DNA of 64,000 nucleotides from Negaprion brevirostris (Eukaryota), in NCBI GenBank assembly GCA_030324005.1, contig JARDVH010000097.1, positions 20,113,259 through 20,177,258 on the forward strand, in the 5' to 3' direction. The translations under genes and the position numbers were made by a program. Position 1 is the stretch's first letter. Each line of letters starts with the position of its first letter. Shown here piece after piece: positions 10,495 to 21,700 of the stretch. The notes under the pieces were generated by a model. That model ran no database searches, was not told where the DNA came from, and worked only from the letters and a program-made list of their open reading frames with translations.

Positions 10495-11340
10495 GATTTG
10501 ATTTGATTTATTATTGTCACATGTATTTGTATACAGTGAAAAATATTGTTTCTTGCACACTATACGGACAAAGCATATCATATATAGAGAAGGAAAGGAG
10601 AGGATGCAAAATATGGTGCTATAGTCATAGTTAGTGTATAGAGAAAGATCAACTTAATGAGTTAGGTCTGTTCAAAGGTCTGATGTAGTTTTTCTTGGAT
10701 CAGTTGGTATGTGATCTCAGACTTTGATATCTTTTTCCCGAAGGAAGAAGGTGGAAGAGAACATATCCAGTGTACGTGGGGTTCTTGATTATGCTGGCTG
10801 CTTCTCCAAGGCAGCGGTAAGTGTAGACAGAGTCAATGGATGGGAGGCTGGTTTGCTTGATATCCTAGGCTTTGCTTACAATCCTTCATATTTCCTTGCT
10901 GTCTTGGACAGAGCAAAAACAACACCAAGCTGAGGTACAATCAGAAAAAGTGTTTTCTCTGATGCATCTGTAAAAGTTGGTGAGAGTTNNNNNNNNNNNN
11001 NNNNNNNNNNNNNNNNNNNNNNNNNNNNNNNNNNNNNNNNNNNNNNNNNNNNNNNNNNNNNNNNNNNNNNNNNNNCCAGTACAAGCTGTTGGTGATCTGG
11101 GCACCTAGAAACTTGAAGCTCCTGACCATTTCAACTTCATCCCTGTTGATGTAGACAGGGGCATGTCCTTCATTGTGCCTCCTGAAGTTAATGACTATCT
11201 CCTTCATTGAGGGAGAGATTATTGTCATCTCATCAGTTCACGAGATACTCTATCACTTTCCTGTTGTCCATCTCATCATTATTTGAGATCCAATAATCTA
11301 AAACAGTGGTGTTACCAGCAAACTTGAAAATTGAGTTGTC
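10495..11340 (-). mobile_element. Rex1/Babar-type LINE, 3' portion
   Basis: Peptides KEIVINFRRH..PVYIN.DEVEMVRSFKFLG and LTNFYRC; (ATCAA)n tail; 3' UTR shared with the copies at 31560 and 42578. Confidence 0.8.
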
Positions 11341-12119
11341 CATCACACAATGCCCCATCACAAGTATTTGTTCTCACAATCTAGTTTAATAGCCCTATTC
11401 CCAATTATAGATTTACTCAGTATACTGGGAGAATTGAGAGTTCTGTTACCAAGAACTGTGTGTGAGGTGGTTGAACCACTGAATGAGTTTAATATACATC
11501 TTCAATGGCAGTCCAGGTCACCCTGTTCCTGACTGCAGTGTCAGTTGTCTTCAGGTGCACACTTTTATACAGCTTGGCCATAGTTCTTGTCAGCTAGCAT
11601 GTGTCTTCTTTAAGATGTGATTAATTTAGCTGACATATTTACCATTAACTTACGTCTCCACTGTAGCTCGTCAAATGGCAAATTCCAGGTGATTGTTCTC
11701 CTCAACCGCTTGAATAAATTAAAGTTAATAACCTTCTTCTCTAGTCACTGAATCCTTGTTACACTCCTTAGAACTGTTCAATAATCAGTTTATTGCTTCT
11801 ATAGTCCTTGTGCTACAAGTTTGTGCAGTCAAATGTAACCAATTAACCTGATGCAGAACCAGCTCACTCTGTATCTTTACAATATTGTCCACTTACCCAT
11901 TGTGTTTAGCTCTCTCTTTGGTCTGTCACTTTCCACCACACTGTTCAAACCCTGCTCACGAAATCATCAAGTTCCCAGTTTACAACTGTACTAAGTACAT
12001 CTCACACCTGGATAGAATAGTTAAACTGTAAATTGAAATTCAGCAGAACTGTTGCCAGCAAATAGCTGAAAAAAAATTGTGGAAAAATGTGTTTACCCTT
12101 CCAGCATGCAGGACAGAAT

Positions 12120-13030
12120 TTCAAATTTGCTGATGGCTCAAGAGCTTGGAATTGTCAACTGTGAAGAGAATAAGAGATTTTAGATTAGCGAAATAGGCAA
12201 ATCTTGGCAAATGAAAGTTAATACTGGGAAGTGTGAAGTGATTCATTTGATAGGAAGAATGAAGACGTGCAATATAAAACTCAAGATACAATTCTAAAGT
12301 GAATAAAGGAGCAGATGGACCTGAGGGTGGACTGGGGAGGTGAGGAGGGGGCAAGTCAATGAAGATGGCATGGTGTTGCAAGTTAAGGATGTGACCTAGA
12401 AGCAAATGGGATCCTGGCTTTAAAAGTAGTGATATTGATTAATGATGCAAGGAAGTTGTGGTGAACACTTCCCGACTACTGACTTGACCCCAGTTGGAGT
12501 ATTGTGTTGAATCCTGAGTACGTCAGTTTTGAAAAGTTGAGAAGATATTGGAGAGCATGAAAAAAAATATTGAGGACGGTTTGAGGGACTTCAATCACAT
12601 GGTTAGATTGGAGAAGCTGAGGCTGGTCTTCTTAGAGACAAGTAGATTGAGAGGAGATTGGATAGAGTTTGCAAAATCATCAGGGTTCTGGACAGAGCAG
12701 ATGGAAGGAAACTGTTCTCATTGGTGGAAACATTAAGAACCAGAGGGCCCTGGTTTTAAGTGAATAGTAATAGGACCAAAACAGACATGACAAAAAAGTC
12801 CTTTTGATGCAGCAAATTGCTAAGATCTGGAAAGCACTGCTTGAGAAACTGGTAGAGGCAGATTCAACCAAAACTTTCAAAAGGGAATTGGATTATTATT
12901 TGAGGAGAGAAAAAAAAACAATTGCAGGGCTTTGGGAAAAGGGACTATTTGCGTAGCCCCTGCAGAGAACTAACACAAAGAAAAAGGCCAGAATGGTCTC
13001 CTTCTGAGCTGTAATAATGATATAATTCTA
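12120..13030 (+). mobile_element. Degenerate CR1 LINE 3' ~900 bp
   Basis: CAAATTTGCTGATG (KFADD-like), TGGCAAATGAAAGTTAAT...AAGTGTGAAGTGATTCATTT, RLEKLRLVFLETSRLRGD, and a 3' tail. Confidence 0.8.
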
Positions 13031-14514
13031 ATATTGTACAAAGAACTATTCTCAACAACACTTTACTGATCTGTACTGGAGTAGACATTTGTCACCAGAT
13101 TGATATATTTCCAGGAATTACTTCCAGGTGATTTCTTACAATTCACCTCAGAAACTTACTTTAGAAAGAACTCCATTTGGTGGTGTAATTTTCCTGTTTC
13201 TATCTTGCATTCCACATGGGATATCCACTTAATAACAATTCTGTCTCAGTTATGATCCTGGTGAGCTTAACTATCTATTACAATACTAAAAATAGAAAAA
13301 ACAGATCAAGTCTTCATGCTTTGTTCAAGTTAGTAACAGGTCTTCTTTGTTATTTGAGAGGACGTTGTATTCCCTAAAATATGGTGCTGAAGTCCATTCA
13401 TTTGAAAATTACCCCAGATTTAAAGAGCAGTTATCATTGCACTGACTAGTATTGTTAATGTTCAATTTTATTTCTCTAAAACTTACATTGTTGGTACATN
13501 NNNNNNNNNNNNNNNNNNNNNNNNNNNNNNNNNNNNNNNNNNNNNNNNNNNNNNNNNNNNNNNNNNNNNNNNNNNNNNNNNNNNNNNNNNNNNNNNNNNN
13601 NNNNNNNNNNNNNNNNNNNNNNNNNNNNNNNNNNNNNNNNNNNNNNNNNNNNNNNNNNNNNNNNNNNNNNNNNNNNNNNNNNNNNNNNNNNNNNNNNNNN
13701 NNNNNNNNNNNNNNNNNNNNNNNNNNNNNNNNNNNNNNNNNNNNNNNNNNNNNNNNNNNNNNNNNNNNNNNNNNNNNNNNNNNNNNNNNNNNNNNNNNNN
13801 NNNNNNNNNNNNNNNNNNNNNNNNNNNNNNNNNNNNNNNNNNNNNNNNNNNNNNNNNNNNNNNNNNNNNNNNNNNNNNNNNNNNNNNNNNNNNNNNNNNN
13901 NNNNNNNNNNNNNNNNNNNNNNNNNNNNNNNNNNNNNNNNNNNNNNNNNNNNNNNNNNNNNNNNNNNNNNNNNNNNNNNNNNNNNNNNNNNNNNNNNNNN
14001 NNNNNNNNNNNNNNNNNNNNNNNNNNNNNNNNNNNNNNNNNNNNNNNNNNNNNNNNNNNNNNNNNNNNNNNNNNNNNNNNNNNNNNNNNNNNNNNNNNNN
14101 NNNNNNNNNNNNNNNNNNNNNNNNNNNNNNNNNNNNNNNNNNNNNNNNNNNNNNNNNNNNNNNNNNNNNNNNNNNNNNNNNNNNNNNNNNNNNNNNNNNN
14201 NNNNNNNNNNNNNNNNNNNNNNNNNNNNNNNNNNNNNNNNNNNNNNNNNNNNNNNNNNNNNNNNNNNNNNNNNNNNNNNNNNNNNNNNNNNNNNNNNNNN
14301 NNNNNNNNNNNNNNNNNNNNNNNNNNNNNNNNNNNNNNNNNNNNNNNNNNNNNNNNNNNNNNNNNNNNNNNNNNNNNNNNNNNNNNNNNNNNNNNNNNNN
14401 NNNNNNNNNNNNNNNNNNNNNNNNNNNNNNNNNNNNNNNNNNNNNNNNNNNNNNNNNNNNNNNNNNNNNNNNNCAATTTATCTTATCAATTCCAATGCCA
14501 AGGCTTAATCAGGG

Positions 14515-14828
14515 AATCATAGAATCACTATAATGCAAAAGGAGGCCATTCAGCCCATCAAAGCTGTACAGACAATAATCTCAATCATGCCCTGTCCCAA
14601 TAACCCCAGGTATTTACCCTGTTACTCCCCCAATACTAAGGGGCAATTTATTGTGGGCACTCAACAGAACTTGCACATTGTTGGAATGTGGGAGTGTCAG
14701 AGCACCCAGAGGACACCCACACAGCAACAGGGAGAACGTGCAAACTCCACACAGACAGTGATCCAAGGCTGGAATTGAACCTGGGTCCCTGGTGCTGTAA
14801 GGCAGCAGTGCTAACCACTGTGCCACAT
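14515..14828 (-). mobile_element. HE1 V-SINE, tail type A
   Basis: GAATCATAGAATC tail, V-domain and GCAGCAGTGCTAACCACTGTGCC head (plus-strand readings). Confidence 0.88.
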
Positions 14829-14894
14829 GCCATTAGAGAAGAAAGTGCTCCTAATCATGTTAGAGATAACTTCTGAATCTCACCTCTTGAACAC

Positions 14895-15090
14895 TCCAGC
14901 CGGAACTTCTACCTGTTCCCGTTGGCGAGATCTTCCGGTATTGCCAGCAATGCATACTTGCTGTGGGTTTCCCAGTGATGAGGGAACCCCATTGACAAAA
15001 GAGAGACCAGCAGATTCTGCTCCAGTCAATGGCAGACAACCCTCAGCCCTGTAAAACACATTGTGGGTTGCCAAGTAAATTCCACCCTCT
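14895..15090 (+). mobile_element. Short MITE, same family as 24030-24210
   Basis: Shared blocks TTCCC..TGGYGARATCTTCC, GGGTTTCCC, TTGACAA and CAATGGC. Confidence 0.55.
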
Positions 15091-15502
15091 GTATCGAAAG
15101 CTAGCAAACGACCCTGAATAGTTCAGACGTAGCCTCAATAATCAGCCATAAACTCAATCTTATTAACCTTATGTAGCAGTTGATGTCTGCTATTGTCTGG
15201 AGCTGAATCCCTAAGTTATTACTACCGTTAGATCTCTAACATGGTATTAATATCCATGCAACCTGGAAAATCATGATCCCATGTTTAGGAAAACCAAGAA
15301 GAGAATTCCTTATGTCTCTACGTGAGAATTTAAAGAATTAGCTTGTCAATTACTCTGTCAACATGAAGATATACCAATTTAAATTTAAGTAATCATAATG
15401 TCCAATATATTAAAACTTGCATTCTGCACAATCGTAGTGGTTGGTTTTCAAAAGAACAAACTATCTGCAGAAGCAGTTCACTCCTTTGTAAGTCTATAAA
15501 AA

Positions 15503-15714
15503 CAGTAAAAAGTCTGACAACACTAGGTTTAAGTCCAACCGATTTATTTGATAGCACACTCNNNNNNNNNNNNNNNNNNNNNNNNNNNNNNNNNNNNNNN
15601 NNNNNNNNNNNNNNNNNNNNNNNNNNNNNNNNNNNNNNNNNNNNNNNNNNNNNNNNNNNNNTTGTCAGACTTTTTACTGTGTTTACCCCAGTCCAACGCC
15701 GGCATATCCACATT
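15503..15714. mobile_element. Palindromic Penelope-derived mini-element with a 12-bp TSD; centre lies in a gap
   Basis: Arms CAGTAAAAAGTCTGACAA / TTGTCAGACTTTTTACTG; TSD AGTCTATAAAAA at 15491-15502 and 15715-15726. Confidence 0.8.
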
Positions 15715-16565
15715 AGTCTATAAAAATACAGCAAAGTATTGTCACATGCTCACAATTGTGCAATTTCACAGAACCATAGAGCTGGATATTTGTCAAGGAG
15801 GTGGGTATCGAGAGTTGTAAATTTTCCTGACTCCACAATTCTGTTTCTGGCCTGGAGGGGCCCACCCAGCAAATTTTCATGTTGGGCTGGTGGACTTGGC
15901 CCAGAGCCAAACCTACCCCATCTCCTCTGGAGACAGGCCTAAGGTGGCAGCAAAAGCAGCACATTAAGGCCAGCAATTTGAGAAGCCTGGTTCCACTTAC
16001 TGGACTATTGGCCCCGTTGCAATCATGAATGCTAGAACCTGTCACCCCATTTCATCCAACCTCCCCTTCCCCACCTCACAAGCCTGTTCTATAAACTCCA
16101 TGGCCCCTGCATGTCCCCTCATAGCCCGAAACCCAGTGTAACCATTATGCACAGAACCAGTGAGGCATTGGCAAGTCTGGCAAATCATTTAAATACTCTT
16201 GAAACTGGCAACATAAGCAAACATGCTTTGCAAGTTTCTTTTGAAAAAAAACTCTGCTTCTCTTGCAACCTCAAAAAAGTGTAATCTACACAACCATTCA
16301 AAGTAGCAATGCCAAAAATCTTAAATACATTTCATTAGCCATTCTTGCTGCACAGTTATATATTCATAATGATATTATCTGGAAATTGCATTAACAGAAA
16401 TAGTTTGTACAAATGGCTAGATATCTATATTTATTTCTGGGTAGCCTCATTATGAATGTTTATCTAAGAATGGATACTGCATTCATCCCTGTGGTCAATG
16501 GTGACTTAGTTTTTAAGGGAATGCTAGCTCTATTTTATTCATATTCTTATTAACTTGCAATAACC

Positions 16566-16704
16566 TGGGTTACAATCTTACCTGCTGTACGTGTCACGCT
16601 CCCACTGCAGCGAGGTAGGAGGATTTTTTGGCCAGTCAAATCTATGTTCGCTGTGGCAGGATGGGAAAATCCGACTAGCATAAACAGTGGTAGGATTCTG
16701 GCAC
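16566..16704. mobile_element. ~140-bp MITE, same family as 57831-57969
   Basis: TIR-like AATCTTACCTGCTGT / ACAGTGGTAGGATT; internal CTGCAGCGAGGT is the reverse complement of the 57.9 kb copy. Confidence 0.65.
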
Positions 16705-16869
16705 TGACATTTTGTTGAGGTTGTTTGTTTTTTTAATGCCTGTGTCATTATTTATGTAATAAGAGTTGTGAAAGAGATTAAAACTTTTTGACATTACCAC
16801 TATGAATGGCAGTGCATGTTTGACAACTTTATGAAAAGAACAAGAGTAGCAATGTATTTCAAAGGGAGT

Positions 16870-17025
16870 GTTTAGTGACTCAAGATGAGTGGGATGGATT
16901 GATTAACCATGGTAAATGTGTGGGTTTACAGGACGGGGGAGAGGGCCTGAGTAAAGTACTCTGTCAGTGAGCTGGTGTGGCTTCCGGGGCCGACTAGACT
17001 CTTCTGCAGTATAGGGATTCTATAA
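16870..17025 (+). mobile_element. HE1 3' half
   Basis: GGTAAATGTGTGGGTTTACAGGA...GGGCCTG...CTTCTGCAGTATAGGGATTCTA. Confidence 0.65.
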
Positions 17026-17717
17026 TATTTCTGGTTATGTTGGACCCTTGGATTGACAGAGGGGGTCCACCTCCATTCAGATGGTGTGAGGCTGTTCCAG
17101 TGACAGCAACATGCCAATGACCTGACTAAGTGGCCCCTCATTAGGACGCTAAAAATAGAGATTAGTTGCAAATAATCCATGTCTCAGTACACTGCCAGTA
17201 AACCCCCCACATCCCTCCACTGCAACCCCTACCACCACCAACCCTACCCCCCACTAATGATTTAAATGCAGCAGTGAGTGATCCTGTCAAGGCTCCTTAC
17301 TATTTTCACAGAACTCCCACGATCTCTATTCCTGTCACTGGGTGTCTGGAAAAATTCTGTTCTATTTGCAAGACTAAAGCAGCTAGTAACCAAGGGCAGA
17401 TCATGTCTAAAATCAGAAGGGATTTTGTTGAAATTGGAAATCCTTGAAAAGCACCCTGCTAATCAAAAAGTTTGGGACACTAGAGTACTGAAAGCATCAA
17501 AATGCTGAAAGGGCAAGAAATGTTGATGAAAATGTATGTCAACTTTTGTAGACATATTCAAAATCTGGAAGGACGCATCAAGTATTTCAAGGGTCAATCC
17601 TCTAGAGGAGAGAAAAGTAGAGACAGTGCATGATAGAGTGCCAAAAGACTGTGCTGAAGGATTGAAGCCTATGTCAACAGCACTGATGACACACATTTCA
17701 CAACAAGTAAATGTTAA

Positions 17718-17990
17718 AGGAAGAAAGACTTGGATTTATACAGTACTTTTCACAATATTAACATGCCATAATGCACTTTGAAACCAATTAAACACTTCTT
17801 GAGGTGTAGTCACTATTGTGATGTAGTGAACAATCCAGCCAGCTGAAACACAGAAAAAGCCCACAAATGTGACAACGACCAGATATTCTGTTTTTTGTGT
17901 TGTTGAGTGAAGGATAAATATTGACCAGGATGCCCAGGATAGTTCCCTACTCTTATTCATCTATCTGACAGTGGAGTTGGCACCTCACTG
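17718..17990 (-). mobile_element. Deu-domain SINE (SacSINE1/AmnSINE-like) fragment
   Basis: AAAGACTTGGATTTATA...GTGTAGTCACTATTGTGATGTAG...GATAAATATTGACCAGGA resembles shark DeuSINEs with an L2-type tail. Related pieces lie at 21270-21700 and 59070-59195. Confidence 0.6.
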
Positions 17991-18379
17991 CTGAAAAGCT
18001 ACTTGTGCAACTGTGAAAAGCAGTGCGTTAAATCAACATTTCAAAGCGCTTGTTTTAATTGGAATACAGCTAAGAAATTATATTGCTTTATTCAGTTTAA
18101 ATCTAAAACATTTTAAACATTTAAAAGCATTGTTTTCATTATCCAATTACTGCAAGTCCACTTTTCTGACTGGCTCTTCCCACACCCCTTAAGGCAGTAA
18201 TCAGAAATTGTAAATTAGATTGAGACAAAATTAATCCATCATGAAATAAAGCAAAAGTAAAGTGAATAATTTTGTTCCTTTTTGACAGTTAATACAAGAT
18301 TTCAATGTAATACAATTGAGACACTCTTACAAAACCTACATGAATATTCTACGGCATACAAGGTGTAGGGAAGCCACTC

Positions 18380-18663
18380 TTTGCATGATTAGCATTGCTG
18401 CCTCAGGGCACCAGGGATCCAGGTTCAATTCTCAGCTTGGATTACTGTTTGTGTCGAGTCTGCTTGTTCTCCCCTTTCTGCATCGATTTCCTCCAAATGC
18501 TCCGGTTTCCTCCCACAGTCTGAAAAATGTGTTGTTAGGTGCATTGGCTGTGTTAAATTCTCCCTTTATACCTGAATAGGTGTCAGAGCATTGAGGATTT
18601 TCACAGTAAATTCATTGCAGTGTTAATGTAAGCCTATATGTGACATTGATGAATAAACATAAA
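18380..18663 (+). mobile_element. V-SINE, tail type B
   Basis: TTAGCATTGCTGCCTCA head, V-domain, tail GGATTTTCACAGTAAATTCATTGCAGTGTTAATGTAAGCCTA...AATAAA. Confidence 0.85.
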
Positions 18664-19659
18664 TTTTTGTGTCAGACAGTTGGTTTTGTCTGGCTGTGTA
18701 AACTAATGTTTTTTCTTCAGTTATATTGACCACTTTTTATGGTCATTTGGAAAACGACTTCCAGAAAGAAAAAAGCAAGATGGAATAGTTTACTGAGATC
18801 TTAGTAAGCATATTTCTTTAACAATAAATGTTTGAAGTTGCTTGTGGGGTTGTGAATAACCTGTGCTGTTTGTAGCTGACCTGCAGCTGGAAACTTGAGG
18901 GAAATGAACTTGTGGAGTAACGGGGTAGAGCAGAGGAATAGGCCTGAATGGAGATCCTACCTAGACTTGAAGGGCTCAATGAATTCCCTCCATATCAGGA
19001 TGATTCTGTGGCCCAGATTTTAAAACGGTAGGCAAGACTTAATTCCAGAACTCCTGCCGCTATTTCCATTTCTGGCAAGTTTTGATGACATGGATGTAGC
19101 AAGGTGGTAAGCCCACGCACAACAGTTGTCACCTTGGTGGCTGCATTGTGGGTGTGGCCAATTCAGACCCTCTTGCTACTTTTGTGGAGTCTAGCTTGTT
19201 TTGGTAGGTGGCACCTCAGGGGAGGCTTTCTCTCTAATAAAAGGAGCCAGCCAGCTTTGCCCCTTTGCAAAGCATATTAGTTGTTACCCTTCTAGGGGCT
19301 GCTTCTATTTGAAGAGACCTTGCACTCTCCAGTTCTCTCAATAGTATCCACCTCTCTGGGTAAAGTTGCTGAGGCTGTACAGCAGCTGCAGGACCTGTGA
19401 TTGGATTAGCAACAATAATAGCCAGCCTTTTTTTTCTGAATTGGCTCTTAATTGGTTCTTAATGAGCTTCGAGGCAGCCAGTTAGGGGTTCACTTCTCGG
19501 TGAATAATTACCCAGTTTGCCTTCCGAAAGTGCGGACTCAGAATACTTATTTGCCCCTGAAACATGGTCCCTAGTCAGCAACCTGTAACATCTGTTAATT
19601 TTCCTTTATGTTCCTGTTCTGCAGCCTGCCACTATCGTGGTTGAGCCTCTGTTAAATTC

Positions 19660-19800
19660 TTTAGCTCTGGCAAAGGGTCACTCTGAAGGGAAACGTTGGC
19701 TCTATTCTCTTTCCGCAGATGCTGTCAAACCAGCTGAGATTTTCCAGCATTTTCCGTGTGTTTCAGATTCCAGCACCTGCAGTCTTTTGCCTTATATTCA
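19660..19800 (+). mobile_element. Penelope-like terminal repeat fragment with a degenerate hammerhead motif
   Basis: AGCT-CTGGCAA...GAAACGTT-GGCT followed by CAGATGCTG...GCTGAGATTTTCCAGCATTTT. Confidence 0.6.
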
Positions 19801-19879
19801 GTTCTTCTTGTTGCTCAAGACATTTAAGACAGATTTTCCCTTCAAGCAGAAATGTGGGAGATTTTTTCATGGGGGGTAC

Positions 19880-20085
19880 CGTTTAAAACTAGAATACCAG
19901 AGTGAGTGGTGGAATCAGATCCCATCAGAATTTTCAAAAGGCAATGGGTTATTTACTTGAAAAGAACTAATCTGCAGGGTTATGAGGAAAATATGACGTG
20001 TGAGAAAAAAATTGGATACTGTTTCCAAACAGTAGGCGCCGCAGCCCGAATGATGCAATTCTTTGCTATAAGATTCTATGATATT
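19880..20085 (+). mobile_element. Degenerate CR1 3' end
   Basis: GTGGTGGAATCAGAT...TTCAAAAGGCAATGG...AAGATTCTATGAT. Confidence 0.6.
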
Positions 20086-20419
20086 ATGATTGGAATAAAG
20101 TGAAACGTTTCCACGTCTTGATAATAAGGTTAAGTCGATGATATTGGTCTGCTATCACAATTGCAAACCATGTGCAAGTAATACACTTACGCATGGTGAA
20201 TCAGCATTTATATCATACCACTGATCGGTTTTTGACAAGATATTAAAGCAGCTAACGAAAGTTCTTTATATATAGACCTTTATAACAAGATCCTCAGGTA
20301 ATGACTCACCCAAAATCCATCAATCAATTCTCCTTCTCTAAACAACTTGTCAAGTCCAGAAGATTGGGAGGCAAACATACAGAATCTATTCAGGAAGTAA
20401 GTGCCTATTTATAGTATAT

Positions 20420-21010
20420 GAGCACAGTAAATGCTGGAAATACTCAGCAGGTTAGATAGCAGTACTGGTGACAGAAATAGCGTTAACATTTCAGGTTGAT
20501 TAGCTATCATCAGAAGTAAGAAAGGTTAGAGATGTAATCAGTGTGAAGCACTAAAGAAGCAGGGGAAAGAGTAGAGGGAATGGGAGGAAGGAGAGAACAA
20601 AACTGAAGATATGTATAGGATGCAAGCCATGAAAATAAATGACAAAAGCGATACTGCAAGGCAAAAAATGTTGGTGATGCATCTTAGGAGATATAAATGG
20701 AATGGGACCAATGTTTTTTCCTAATGGCTGTTTGCTGTCTATGGCACATTTGTTGCACTGTACAGTCCCATATAGTAGTACAACAGTACAGTTCAGAGGA
20801 ACAATTAACTGCAGCAGCATTACCGATAGTTACTGTCTGAAAAGAATTAGAGGAATGGGTTGGATCAGGAACAGTTAAATGCAATGTTGAGTCCTGAGGG
20901 CTGAGTTCCTTGTCAAATGATACAGTGCTGCATCTTGATCCTGTGTTGAATTTCATTGGATCAGCATAGGATGCTTGAAGGCAGACAGGTCAGGGTGGGA
21001 GCAGGAGAGA
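20420..21010 (-). mobile_element. Penelope-like element 3' fragment (GIY-YIG C-terminus and terminal repeat)
   Basis: Minus-strand translation SNEIQHRIKMQHCII*QGTQPSGLNIAFN resembles the Penelope C-terminal EQHLIFRLGTLQPxGLN. A pyrimidine-rich UTR follows, then CTGATGA...GAAA and CTGCTGAGTATTTCCAGCATT. Confidence 0.7.
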
Positions 21011-21269
21011 GAATTAAAATGGCTGGTCTGTTTATAGAAGATGCTATAATCAAGTGGCACCTGTTTAATTAATCATTAGATGAGTCTGTCACTGTGATGT
21101 GGATAAATGTTAGCTGTAAAGTTCATTGATTGCTTACAAGTCAAAAGATCATGGATACAATCCTACTCCAAAGTTTTGAGGAGAAAATAAAACTAGATTA
21201 GCACTCCATTACAGTCCTGAGCAAGTGTTTGGCTACTAAAGGTATTACCTGTTGAACAAATTGGGCCTC

Positions 21270-21700
21270 TCTCAGATATATGTAAAAGACCCAATGGAAC
21301 TATTCATAGAGTCATAGAGGTTTACAGCATGGAAACAGGCCCTTTGGCCCAACTTGTCCATGCCGCCCTTGAACACATTCCATTTCTTTATTAAGAACAG
21401 TCCCTGTGAATGGATGTATATCTCTTCTAGCAAATGTAAGTGAACCCCTTCTGCTTTTCCAGGATTTTTTTACATCCACCTGAGGTGCCAATTTAACATC
21501 TTGCCTGAAAATCAGCATCAAGATGACTCAATTAACAGTGTTAATAAAAGCATTATCTTATTTTCAAGTTTCTGTTTGACGGATCTTGCTCTGTGAAATT
21601 GACTTCCGTTCCCTACATTAAACAGTCATATACTCTGTGCTTCAGAAGTGCATCAAAGATCACAAAAGATGCCACATAAATGCAGGTCTTGCCTTCTTAT
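21270..21700. mobile_element. Rearranged Deu-domain SINE pieces with a CR1 tail insert (~21306-21370, minus)
   Basis: TGTAAAAGACCCAATGG, TTTTACATCCACCTGA, CCCTACATTA...ATAAATGCAGGTCTT; insert CATAGAGTCATAGAGGTTTACAGCATGGAAACAGGCCC. Confidence 0.5.

Noticed and set aside
13409-14522. Long ORFs of 150-356 aa in the ORF track (also at 22.6, 27.3, 43.7, 50.6 and 62.5 kb)
   Set aside because: They read through N gaps and are not real coding sequence.
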